Shown here: in pieces, positions 13,766-30,755 of the stretch
Layout of the letters: each line of letters begins with the position of its first letter
Numbering within the stretch: position 1 is the stretch's first letter
From: Amoebidium appalachense
Taxonomy: Eukaryota > Protista > Ichthyosporea
Length of the DNA: 64,000 nt
NCBI GenBank assembly: GCA_963693365.1
Contig: CAVNZM010000005.1
Span: 5,711,167 to 5,775,166 of the forward strand
Direction: 5' to 3'
The notes under the pieces: model-generated
The model's database searches: none
Told to the model about the DNA's origin: nothing
The model's input: only the letters and a program-made list of their open reading frames with translations
Made by a program: the position numbers and the translations under genes

Positions 13766-14732
13766 AGAAAGGAAAGAAAGAAAAAGGCTGTGTTGAGACA
13801 GAATATATCACAGGTTCTCTCTATTCACACACCCGGGGGGAGGGGGTGAGGGGGAGGGGGTGAGGGGGGGGGAAGGGAGGGGGGTTAAAAGTGGGAAGAG
13901 TTCGATGCAAAACCTACCTGAGTACCCCATCCTGCAACAAGAGTGAACAGACGAGGGCCAAGATCACGTGCTGGGTTGATGGCATAGCCGGTGTTGACTC
14001 CAAAGGCAGCCCCGATCACGACGACAAGCAGGGCAACAGCGAATGGTCCCATCTGGGGGCTGAGGCCTACGTTGCGCGCGTCGCCAATGGCAAAGATGCC
14101 GGCAAGGAGCAACGCAGTCCCCACCACCTATGTTTGTATGTATAATACTGGATTAATGATACAGCCTACTAACCCAATGCAACATCACCCGGGTACCATA
14201 ATCCCCCCCCCCCTCTCCCCCCCCCCCCCCCCCCCCCCCCCCACACACACACACAAAAGAAAGCATTTCTAACTCCTCCCTGTTGCCCTTTCTCCCTCAC
14301 CAAACGCAGCGGTGTACTTTTGCTTTCCCCCCCCCCCCCCCCCCCCCCCCCTCCCTCCCTCAGCGGCTCCCCCTTCTCTCTATTCGCACCTAATCTAATG
14401 TTCTTTTTCCCTATGTAAGCAACAAGCAAAACGGGGTTGCTGGCGTGCATTATGGGTGCTTCACCTGATCCCAGAACCCCCCAAGTACCGACATCCAGGC
14501 CTTGGGGTAGGTGGCGAAGATGCCTGCAGTCGCCATGGTCCTGCAGGCAAGCCCCAAAGCAAATAAGTTGTCTGGTCTTTAAGATTGATAGGGCTTAAAT
14601 AACAGTTCTTCCAATTTACTTAGCCAAGCCTTGACATGTGTAGAAAGCTAGTGCAAACTGAGCCGTACAAACGAATCTTAATGAACCAAGGTCACTTGCT
14701 CCCTCTTTCTCTTTCACTTTTTCGTTATAGAA

Positions 14733-14765
<33 letters not shown>

Positions 14766-16573
14766 CCCTTCCCACCCCCTCGGGGGGCTCTCTAATATCC
14801 CTCCCCCCCATCCATCCCCGTCCCCCAAAAATACTAATAAAAAATAAGTGCACACACCCACCTGCACAAACCACACCCACCTGCACAAACCACACCCACC
14901 TGCACAAACCACACCCACCTGCACAAACATAGACAATCAAACACACCACCACTCTAGCCTATCCCCCCCTTCCCCCCCTCCTTTCCCCAGCGTCCCTCCT
15001 TCTCAATCTCCTCCCCCCCCCCCCCCCCCCTCCCCCCGGCCCTGTCCAAACTCACAGCGCCCCTTCCTCTCGAGCTTCCCCCCACCACCCCCCCACCCCC
15101 TCCCCCGGCCCTATCCAAACTCACACACTCACAAAGACACTGAAAGTAGCACTTTTCCCTCTCAGACTCGAGACTACACACCTGTTGGGATCCAGCTGGT
15201 TGAAAGCATCCAGGTACACACTGTAGATGACGGCTGCAGCCACAAATGCACCTGCAGTCTGCGCCAGAACGTAAGGCAGCACCTTTCTCCAAGGAAAGCC
15301 CTTCCAGATGGCCAAGGTGAGGGTCACGGCTGGGTTGAGATGCGCACCAGAGGGCTTGGCAGAGACAATCACACCGAATAGCACAGCAAGACCCCAGGCA
15401 ATGTTGATAGACAGGTTGTTTCCGGCAGGTGTTGGGTCACAGGAGGAGTCAGGTGCACAGCTGCGGAGAAGGCTGTTTCCGAGAACCACCTTAGGAATAG
15501 AGAGTGTGAGTATGCTACCATTAGATGTATACCCTGGATGATCGCTGCACCCTGCCTGAAGTGAGGTCACGACTTATATCTATGTAGTGTGGTTCGGGAT
15601 TAGACTTAAGGTTTGTACTGGAAAGTCCGAGCCACCACTGGAGATGAATTTTTGGTTCGGGGCTGGGCAACTTTACCAATTGCAATAGATATTGTTGTCA
15701 CTATGGTGCACCAGCTCGTGGCTTTTGATTCACGGTGTTTATGGAACTGTAAGCAAGCACCTCTTATCACATCTTTTCCTACCTGTGCAACAACGCCGTC
15801 GCCAAAAAGAATCAGAATGAAGGTCCCAAAGAACTCAGCAGCTGCCTCCCTTGTCAGCCCCCGGAGGACAGGAACACGGCGGAGAGGCCTCTTCGCTGCT
15901 GCCCGGGTTGGGCTGTTCTCTCGGTCTTCATAGTTGAGCTCCGTGATTGTTGTATTGGCCAAGCTCTGAGGATATTTGTTACCCAGTGTTAGCTATATCG
16001 CTAAAAACGACAAGACCTTTAGTCGGTTTACTTTGTGCTGATCCGTGTGCACCTCATCGCTAACTAGAGTGCAGCCCAAGGGGCGTTGCTAGTTGAGGTC
16101 AACGAAACCTGCCTCCACCACCTATGTGCTAACACGTTTTGTTGCATTCGTTCTATATGGAATAGTATCGGGCAAGCGCTTGTAGAGCAAACAAGCACCA
16201 AGCACACGATTGTTCCCACCCGGACCTGAGAGCCTAGAATACTATGGCAGCAACGATTCAATCGACACCGACAATTCACTTGAACAAGATTTTGCAAGCT
16301 ACGATCATCACCAGAGCATACGTTAGGAAACTAGAGAATGCAACTTACATAGTCAGACACCTCCTGTCGTGCACGGTTTGCTGATGAGCTGGATGCAATA
16401 GCCCTCTGTGTGGCACCCAACTTGCCTTTACCGTTTACGAACTCGTCTTCCGCCTCGATGTTCAAAGTGGCGTATTGTGCTGTCTCTCTCTCGTCAACCA
16501 TGTGGTCCATCATATGTTGCTTGTGTTTAGCGCTGGCGGGTGAGGGAAGGGGTGAGTTGCCTCCGTCTGCCAT
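12521..16573 (-). CDS. Aquaglyceroporin (MIP family, GlpF/AQP3-like), paralog B, 6 exons, ~374 aa
   Basis: Exons complement(16349-16573 [less certain], 15783-15965, 15182-15489, 14465-14540, 13918-14127, 12521-12643), phases consistent, 1125 nt. Motifs [55 protein letters not shown]. Confidence 0.92.
14853..14928. repeat. 19-bp minisatellite, 4 copies, in an aquaglyceroporin B intron
   Basis: CACACCCACCTGCACAAAC repeated four times in tandem. Confidence 0.9.
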
Positions 16574-17972
16574 TCTGTTGTCCTTTGAACGCTGGTTCTA
16601 GTTAGCTTGAATATACTTGAGTACTTTTTTGGAAGAGAAAGTAGGTCTAGGTGTTCACTAGATCTCTTTCCATATAGGGGCTGCTGGTGATCATTTAGGC
16701 ATCACAATCAGAGCGCTGTGGTCAAGTTTCGTCTCGGTATATATATCGTAGTGGACGTAGAAAGGTAAGAGTCGTTCTACAAATCCTTCGCCCCCTGGTT
16801 TTGTCCGCTGCTTGAGTCAAGGTCGCTGAGGAGCTCCCACACGATACGACGATAGCAGATTTGGGTGAGTCACAGTTGTCTATTGGCAATTATAAGGAGG
16901 GCACGGAGATCGTCAGAAGCTCTCAACAAGGTGTCGAGAGATGATCTTAGATGTCTTCTTTTTTAAAGCTTGTTTTCGACTTCTTTTCTCTTCTCTACTT
17001 TCTGGGAAGACTGCAAAGTAGACTGCCGCTGAGGGTGTCACATGCGAAACTGACAGATGCTGGCCAGATTCGCTCTCCCTGCTGCTGGAGCGGGGTAAAC
17101 AAAGCAAGGACAGAGTCACTCCAGCATGGTCTTAGACGTTAGCGCTTCAATGAGGAATATATGGAAGCTTGACCAATGTATATATATATTATATTTGATT
17201 TATATTAAGCTGTTCTGTTTATCAATAATAAGTGGTGTGTGGATATTGATTTTATAGCTAGGCTAGAAGGAAGACGTTAGCCTCTTCCCTGAAGGCTCAC
17301 ATAGATTTTCCATATTGTTTACACTACTCTGAGGTATGTGGAGGGCTTATCAGGCACGTCTTGGCGCCCGAAACAACCCTGAACTGGTGAGTTTCGATCT
17401 CTCTAGCTCCAGAATCTTCACGTGAGAATTCTAAACGTAGGTTTTAAAGCCCAGCTTATAGTAAAATCTCTAAATAAATAATGCATGTAAGGATTGGTTA
17501 ACAACATCAAAAACGTGTAGGCTATAACTTTTATCAGGATTGAACTTGTAAACAGACTTTTTTCTTTTGATTGGCCGATAGATCTGGACCTTTGGAAAAT
17601 TACCACAAATAGCAGAAGTGCAATTCTCCACAAACTGTCTCTTGGGGGGTTGACGAATCTGCCTTCAAAGGTTGACAAATTGTTTACTTACATAAAATGT
17701 ATAAGTCCTTGAAGTTCAACACTTATATATTTCATATTTATATATTTTTGATTTATTGTAATTACAGTTTTTTCTTATGTACTTTATCAAACAAAAGAAT
17801 GAATCTCATTACGGAAAAAAGTTCTTTTTGAGGCAAACAATCTTCACAACTGGGAAGTTGTGGGTGTACAAGCACCCCAATAGGAATGATCGTTTTCAAT
17901 GAATTCAATTGGATCGCAACGCACCACTTCGGTTCTCACCGTCCCGTCGAACATGTGAAATGTCTCCGACTG

Positions 17973-18850
<878 letters not shown>

Positions 18851-19433
18851 TCTCTTCCGAGTCTCTCTCCCTCTCTCCCTCGCAGCCTCTCTCTCTATTC
18901 CCCCCCCTCCCCCGCTCTCTCTCTCTCTCTCTCTCTCGGACCCTCTCCTCCCCCCCCTCCCTCTTCTCTATCTTCCTTCTTTCTCTCTCTCTCTCTCTCT
19001 ACCCCCTTTTTTCTCTCTCTCTACCAACCTCTTCCGCAACCCCCTCCTACACCCTCTCTCTTCTCTCTCATTGCTTCTCCTCCTCTCATCCATTTCTCTC
19101 TCTCGGTGTGAGAGTGCGTCTGGTCTCTTGGATAATACACGCAGGCACAACACGCCAGATGTCTGTGATAAACCAAAAGCACGACAGAGATTTTACGATT
19201 AAGCGATTTTGCAGCAATCACAGGCATGTGCAAAATGATACTCCAAAGGAGTCCGAATCCAAACTACATTATTACTACTGACTTTATTATGAATCCGTCG
19301 AATTTCATTGATCCCGGAAAACTGCCCTCTTCTACTAAGTGTTTATAATATGCATTGTGCAAATTTTGCATGCATGGTCCAGGCAACAAGAGAAGGTGCG
19401 TGCACACGGCCACATGTACATGTACACACATGT

Positions 19434-19466
<33 letters not shown>

Positions 19467-19970
19467 CTACCCAACCTTACACCCACGCACACGTTCATGA
19501 AAATTATACACACAGAGAGTGAGATGGCCTCGCTCGCCCGGTGCTTACACTGCTGAGTACCTTGCAAGGAACTGAGACTGGTCTAGGGCACCCGGGGGGG
19601 GGGGGGGGGGAGGGGAGGGGGGGGGGGGGGAGGGGTCCAACAGCCACCCGAGCTTCTTCCACCACCAGTAGCCACCCAATCTTTACTCTCGGCCCCGGGA
19701 ACCATTTGGTTGAAAGCTTAGATTCCCGAGGTTAAGTTCCTAAGTTTTGCGAACACCTGCTAATTATAGCAACAGATCCTTATGAGTCTTGTTTTCGCAC
19801 AAAAATCTATGGGAATATTTTTACGGAGAAAAATTCAAAGCATTAAACCGTGTTATATAAAAGGCTCACCTGCCAAATAGTTAGAACTTCCTCATTGACC
19901 CCTCTCTCTCTCCCTCTTTTTTTGGAGAAGGGGGGGGAGGGGGGGAGGGGGGGAGGGGGGATATAGGGTG

Positions 19971-20411
19971 TGTAAACTTGGTTGTGTATCATAGCGGCAG
20001 CGCAGATTGCATTTACAGTGTGGGATCTGATTAATCTTGAGATGGGATCTTATCCTCGGCACTCATCGATTCGAGTCCAGGCATGTTCCCAACTGATTGG
20101 ATCTGGCTGATACTGCCGCCTTGGGGACAGTTCGCCGTGCGATTGTGGGACAACACCGCTGCTTCCCGACCAACCATTTTGATTGCTCAGTAAGCGCGAC
20201 TAACTACAGGGCACGACTCCCGTAGTCTGTCCGACAATATACACAACCATGTTTACATCCCCCCCCCCGTTGGGGAGTCGCGCGCTACGCCTCCCTGCGA
20301 AAAGGCCGTAGCAGCCCGCGAACGGCTCCACCCAAGGTTACAGGCGTGGCCCTCCGACCAACAGCCCCCTTGGGTCCTGCCGCGGTCGCCAGTGAAAACC
20401 AGGGTGTGTAT
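19971..20411 (-). mobile_element. Miniature non-coding LTR retroelement remnant (TRIM-like): PBS, ~100 bp internal region, PPT, 287-bp LTR
   Basis: LTR 19971-20257 has TG...CA ends with 18/19-bp inverted termini (TGTAAACTTGGTTGTGTAT / ATACACAACCATGTTTACA). On the minus strand it is directly preceded by a polypurine tract ending G10-A (20258-20271) and, further up, TGGCGACCGCGGCAGGA (20375-20391), complementary to a tRNA-Arg-type 3' end including CCA. Confidence 0.7.
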
Positions 20412-21150
20412 ACGCTAATACTATGCCCTAGTTAACATATGCAGGCTAGGAGAAGCACGTAAGTATAGAAACAAGAAAGCGGGTGCTACAGCTAGTCTGA
20501 CACCGCATGACTAGTATAACGTTTACTCGAACGCACAGCCCCGCCCAAGTGACCCAAGTCTGGAATGTACCAGCCTGTTATAGTCCCTTGGTTTCCGCCG
20601 GTCCGGGAGCACTGCTCGCATACTTTTGTAAGGCGACAGCCAATAGGCATGTGGCCCTACTTAAAATAAATTACATGACATATACATGAGTACATGAGCT
20701 TCTCCTTGGGTGATCATACTCTAGCTTCAAGTTATACTACAGTGCTACAAGTATATGTCTAGTGCCCAATAAAGTGTCTACGGCACACAGTGTGTGCCGT
20801 GCACCTAAGATACATGCTGGCAAAGTGTTCACGTTCTTTGCATCGCTCCTAACTGCATACTTAAGGTGCAGAGCAACTGCCCTAATACGGAATACAGCTA
20901 AAAGTGATGCAGCCGATTGGTCTCTGCTTCCGAGGCTCTATTCCAGCCTCTGCCGAGAAGACACAAAGGCACGTAGACTGGTTGTGGGGGAACTGCACGG
21001 TGTGCACGTGAATGTACACAACCATGTCTACAGGTGGGGGGGGAAGAGAGTCACGGTCGCGAAAAGGAGCTAATCCATACCATCCTCCCATGGCCCCTTC
21101 CCCCACACCCTTCCCTTCCGCCGCCACGGCCCCCCCATCCCCTCCACCCG

Positions 21151-21185
<35 letters not shown>

Positions 21186-21362
21186 CTTCCCCCTTTTTTC
21201 GTCGAAAAGGGAAGGAGAGGCCTGAGTACAATACAAACCTCTAGTACCCACAACACTCCTCGTCTCCCGGTCTTCTTCCCTGCCCTTCCTGTTACGGACC
21301 GTGCCCCTCTTCACTCCCCTGCTCTACTAGCGACTGGTACTTCACATCCCCCCTCCCCCGCC

Positions 21363-21401
<39 letters not shown>

Positions 21402-21542
21402 CCGTGCGCAACACCACCGTCACTTGTCCACCACCACCACCACCACTGCCACCACCACCACCAAGGTTCGGGCCCTCTTCCACTTCATTCTTCACACATG
21501 TATACTTGCCAACAGGGGAGTTTGTCTTCGAATTCGTGTCCA

Positions 21543-21673
<131 letters not shown>

Positions 21674-21706
21674 CGTGCGTGCGTGTGCGTGTGTGTGCGT
21701 GTGTGT

Positions 21707-21740
<34 letters not shown>

Positions 21741-22667
21741 TTGAGGGGGAGGGGGGGGGGGGGGGGGTCAAATGGCAATTAATATTAATGGCTCCTGGGA
21801 GAAGCTTAATAAGTATGCATGCATGGCAGCCCTGATCATGGTGTATACACAACTAGAATAAAGAGGCAGCAATTGCAGGGCCTTGTTGCGCGGAGGTTTT
21901 GGCTATTTGAGTAGTAGCTGCAGCAGTACAGGACTAAGCCTTACAACAACATGGTAATTGACTACCCCCCCCCCCCCCCCCCCCCCCCCCCCGGAGCTCC
22001 CTCCCACCCCCCACCCCCGTCTGCCCTGCCGGCAGGCTGTACCCCCCCCCCCCCCTCCCCCCCGTGTACACTCCTCATATCCCCTCTTCCCCTTCCCCCC
22101 TCCCCTCTCTCTCCTCCCCCATACCCCGGCTTTCCCTAAACCTTCCGATACTGTAACTCATACAGTAGCCCTGACACATCGATATCTATATCTACCTTCG
22201 GCACTGATGCATGATATATGTGCATGGCTTACCCCTCGCTATATATACATTACCACTATCTATATGAATAGATGCCGCATGCCCCTCACCCCCTTGCCCG
22301 TACTAACCCAACCCGGGCACTCGTGACACTCGAGCCACTGTCACCCAGTATGCACATTTCAGATGCGCCTTCAGACATGGGCAAGTCCGGTAGCTTTGGC
22401 CATGTGCATAAATCTGTTAGACGGTGTGCACATGTCACTGATCACAATCACGGTTCCTGACCGAAACGACGGGGTGGGGCTACACTCAGCTTTGTGTATT
22501 TTAGAACAGCATAGAATGTGCTGGAACATTGAGCCACCCACAACCATGGCCAGTGCTGGTGGTACCGTGGGGCACACCAGACGTTTCCTACCAGTCCAAT
22601 TTTCCGGCAGCGCCGCGGCTCTGGCCGCTGAGCCAACGTGAAAATAGTTTCAGATTCAGCGCTGTTT

Positions 22668-22832
22668 GATTGGCTTTCTGGGCACCAGAGGTACTGGTGT
22701 TCCACATTTAATCCATTATGATTGGATGTGATTGGAGTTGTAATCTACCAATCAAAATAAGCTTTGTCTGATTGGTGCCCCTGGCTGCAATGATAGTTGA
22801 TTGGATGACATCAACAGATCGGCAACTATAAA
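22668..22832 (+). promoter_or_regulatory. Glycerol kinase promoter: six clustered CCAAT boxes and TATA box
   Basis: GATTGG/CCAATC at ~22668, 22720, 22730, 22748, 22770, 22799; TATAAA at 22827-22832, ~90 bp upstream of the ATG at 22917. Confidence 0.65.
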
Positions 22833-22916
22833 GCCATAAACCCAGCTTCAAAGTTGGTCAGTGACTAAGTGTAACGGTTACAGGAAAGCGACATTAGCGA
22901 ACGAAAAAACTGAAAA

Positions 22917-26729
<3,813 letters not shown>

Positions 26730-26977
26730 CCGTTAGGTTGTGGTAGATTCTTTAAGGTCACTGCTTTTAATGGCTAAATATGGTCGTGTAACTGTGGTTG
26801 CGGTGGCAAACAATGGGTAGTAGAGTTTCGTCTTTTGAAAATTAGGTGATGAATTTGCGCTGGATCGTCTGCCAGATTTTGCGATCGGACACAGCAATCT
26901 ACCAAGAACCAGAAATGTGTTTTGCATCTTTTTAAGTCCTTGCACCGAGTTCCTCAAAAGCCTTTTTATTTTAAATA

Positions 26978-27199
26978 CTTTTAAGGTGGCCTTACCGCCC
27001 ACGAGCAGTTGTAAATATCAATATGCCACCTCCTTATAGTTGTATCAATGTTTACTATTTTATCTTGAGAACACCGATATAGCCGTTGCCCTTTATGGCG
27101 AACCATTCGCAGTGACTAGTCTGCGACAAATAAAAAAGCAGGTAAAGAATGGGCTGAATGCAATTGTTAGAAGCACATGTAAACTGTTTAGCCCCCCCT

Positions 27200-27245
<46 letters not shown>

Positions 27246-27568
27246 TTCCCACCCGGACGTGTGTGCGCGACTTTTAAGGTGGCCTTACCGCCCACGAGCA
27301 GTTGTAAATGTCAATATGCCGCCTCCTTATAGTTGTATCAATGTTTACTATTTTATCTTTAGAACACCGATATAGCCGTTGCCCTTTATGGCGAACCATT
27401 TGCAGTGACTAGTCTGCGACAAATAAAAAAGCAGGTAAAGAATGGGCTGAATGCAATTGTTAGAAGCACATGTAAACTGTTTAGCCCCCCCCTTCCCCCC
27501 CCCCCCCCCCCCTCCCCCTCGCCCCCCCCCCCCCCCCCCCCCCCTTCCCACCCGGACGTGTGTGCGCG
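26978..27568. repeat. Tandem direct duplication, 2 x ~295 bp, downstream of glycerol kinase
   Basis: Unit from CTTTTAAGGTGGCCTTACCGCCC to CCGGACGTGTGTGCGCG occurs at ~26978-27269 and ~27270-27568; about four substitutions outside the poly-C tract. Confidence 0.9.
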
Positions 27569-27570
27569 CA

Positions 27571-27621
<51 letters not shown>

Positions 27622-28087
27622 GTCAATTATTTTCTTCTTTCTTCTAGGTTCTCTCTCTCTCTCCCTCTCTCTCTCCTTCTCCCTCTCTCCCTCTCCCTCT
27701 CCCTCTCCCTCTCTCCCTCTCTCTCCCCCCCCCCCCCTGCCCCCTCTATCCGCCATCTCCCGCCCTTCTGCTCTCTCCCCCCCCCCCCCCCCCCCGCCCT
27801 CTCCCTCTCTTTCCTATCCCTCTCTCTCTCTCTCTCTCTCTTCGAGGCTCTCTCTCGCCCCCTCTCCCTCTCCCTCTCCCTCTCCCTCTCCCTCTCCCCT
27901 CTACCTCTCCCTCTCCCCCCCCCCCCCTATCCGCCATCTCGCGCCCTTCTGCTCTCTCTCTCTCTCTCTCCACCCTCCCCCCACCCCCTGCCCTCTCCCT
28001 CTCTTTCCTATCCCCCCCCCCCCTTCTCTCTCTCTCTCTCTCTTTCCCTCCCCCCCCCCCCTCTCTCTCTCCCCCCCCCCCTCCTCT

Positions 28088-28150
<63 letters not shown>

Positions 28151-28479
28151 TCTCCCTCCCTCCCTCCCTCCCCCGTCTCCTCCCCCTCCATCATCCCCCC
28201 TCCCCCCTCCCCCAATCCCCCCCAACTCCAAAACACATTCCCAAACCATCAGCACGAATCGAAGGATCTACCTTACCCCAATCAATCCCAAGAGTACACG
28301 TGTAAATACACAAAGAAATATGTGCTCACCTGCCATCAGCATCTTTTTCGACCTCTCCAGGTCGTCCTTGCATCCCATTAACTCTCTTCCCACTCTGCCA
28401 GTACCCTCTGGCCACGGTCCCCCCCCCCCCCCCCCTCCCTCGCCTCCCCAACCCCCCCAAACCCCCCCCCCTTTCTCCG

Positions 28480-28514
<35 letters not shown>

Positions 28515-28981
28515 CCCCGCCCCCTTCCCCCAGCCCCCCGGTACCCCAGGGGGGTCCTCCCCCCTTTGACCCACCCATTGGCAAGGTAGCTCCCAGTCCA
28601 GCGAGGTCCCATACCTCCAACCCTCCCCCCCCCCCCCTCCCCCTCCCCCTCCTTCCCCCCCTTCCGTCACCTCTCCCCCCTTTCCTCTCTCCCTTTCGGC
28701 CGGCGAGCATGTCTCCTCCCCCTGCCCAAAAAAAGAAAAAAAAAATAAAAATTGCTGCCCCACCCCCTTCCCCACAGCCCCCGCCATTTTCAAGTTCAGT
28801 TGCTAAACTTTACTAGATCTGTGCCATTCCATCTCCTTTGGTCCCACCCGGGCAGTGGCACCCATTTTTCAAGCCTGCTACATATATACAAGATTCGATC
28901 ATGATTAAGTTCTTAGATTTGGATAGCCTACATTGTCTGACTTCTGACTCCATACTGCCCTTGTTTGTGTGTGCTGACGTG

Positions 28982-29017
<36 letters not shown>

Positions 29018-29188
29018 ATACACACACACACGCATACACACCACCCAACCCACCACCCACCTACCCCCATTTACACACACCAACCGCATGGCGGCAAAGT
29101 GTAAGCCACTCGGCTTCAGTTGAAGTAAATAAATGAAACGTGCGACGTACGAATATTTGGATGATTAACTCGGCAGCTGTGAATGATA

Positions 29189-29779
29189 TCACTGCCTTGC
29201 CATATTCATGGTAATAAGAAGAGAGGCAACCAGAAGCACAGCAGCCAACGTTACCAGGAGATAGTTGGCGGTGCGCGTGTACTCTCCGTTGGCGTCAATG
29301 TGCTTGGGGTCCAGTTCTTCCATAAGCCCTCCCAGGCGGTAAAACTCTGCGTCTTCCTTCAAAAGCTCCTTTTCCTTCTCTGTGAGAAAGGCCACTTTCA
29401 ACTCCCGTCACCTCAGATGGTCTGCAACGTACTAAAAACAGCAGGGTTTCTGTTGATGAATAATGCACCACTCTTGTCTCTCTTGGCCTCCCAGTACCCC
29501 AAAAACTTAGCGGCAAAATACGAGTCCGGAGCCGGCTTGCTGGTCAGGTCCTTGAGGGGAAGTGAAAAGAGGGTGCCCCCCACGTTGAGGGTGATGGGGT
29601 CGGCCAGCTTGCTGACAATGAGTTTCGGCTCCATGTTGGCCCATGCAGTCTCTTTCTCCTCCAGTGCACGTTTTCCTTCCGCCAGTGCTGCTAGAAGGCC
29701 CTCGATGCTGCTGGTGGTGGTTTGGTACTGCTGGTGGAGACATTTTGTTTTGAAAAATTTCCCTCAGAAAATCGTTCAT
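29189..29779 (-). pseudogene. Disrupted BTB/POZ (KCTD/T1-type) domain gene with N-terminal coiled coil and C-terminal hydrophobic helix
   Basis: DPITLNVGGTLF, SYFAAKF, GALFINRNPAVF, ELLKEDAEFYRLGGLMEEL are KCTD-type BTB motifs. Joining them needs frameshifts near 29738 and 29432 and read-through of a TGA at 29408-29410. No introns in this stretch. Confidence 0.75.
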
Positions 29780-30404
29780 TCTGTACGTGAAGTTACGAAG
29801 CTCAACTTACTTTTTCAACCGGATATGTCCACTATTCCTCACTTTAAATGATTGATGACTCAAAAGTCACTATGAATAGGCTGTCAACTACTGTATGCCC
29901 TTAGACTACTTGAAAAGAAAGGTTTTCAGGTTGAACAAAAGGAATATCAATAGATCATAACCAGTGCAGAGACCTTTTACACTGATGAGTTTGAGAAAGC
30001 TTTCATGATGTGCTTTATATTAGTTCGGAGGGTGGATGGGGAATGCACGGCCTATAACCCAAATGTTTGTTGAAGTGACAGCTGCAGCTATAAACAGCCT
30101 ACAGCAACCAAACTACATAGTGCTATCATAGCTGATATCTACTGCAATTTTATTTGAAGGTGTGGTACTGTCTATGTCTACAGTACCGTACCGGTCCACA
30201 CGTGTTCGGGTCCTGTAATCCGGGTTATTTGCATGCTTGGAGTTCTCTTTTACACGCACGAAACTGGCATTGTCAACACGAACAAGAACACCTTTTCTTT
30301 CACATGCCAGCCCCAATAAAACCTGACGGTAAGGGCAAGCTACAGATTGTATAGCGAATGGACATGTTATTCATACACTTCGAACGTTTTCTGACAATCC
30401 CCCC

Positions 30405-30436
<32 letters not shown>

Positions 30437-30488
30437 ACCACCACCACCACCACCACCACCACCACCAGGTCACACAGCGTGGCACACC

Positions 30489-30519
<31 letters not shown>

Positions 30520-30540
30520 TGCAAAGACGAACAGTAAATT

Positions 30541-30755
30541 AAAAATATACCTACCCCCCAATCATTGAGACGGTCTATTTTCATGAAGATACCCCCCCCC
30601 CCCCCCCCCCCATCCCTTCCCCTGTGCCTGTGCCCCCCAAAAACCCGTGCATGCAAACGTTCATCCGCACCTCCGAATGCAGCCTCCACTGTAAAGGCTT
30701 CCGTTTGAATCCAACACCAAGATTTTGAGCACACGTATTCGTAACATTATTGTTG
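30541..30755. repeat. Dispersed repeat, diverged second copy at ~41881-42115
   Basis: ATACCTACCCCCA...CATGCAAA.G.TCA.CCGCA.CTCC...GCTTCC.TTTGAAT.C.ACACCAAG.TTT.GAG.AC..G.ATTCGTAACA is shared in the same order and orientation. Confidence 0.7.

Noticed and set aside
14853-14928. CRISPR-like array
   Set aside because: Head-to-tail repeats without spacers, eukaryotic intron, no cas genes.
20040-20100. tRNA gene around GATTCGAGTCC
   Set aside because: No cloverleaf or acceptor stem found; lies inside the LTR.
29408-29410. Selenocysteine or read-through TGA in the BTB gene
   Set aside because: Accompanied by two frameshifts and not at a conserved Cys position; decay is simpler.
29183-29851. 222-aa plus-strand ORF
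   Set aside because: Antisense to the BTB motifs; no recognisable features of its own.
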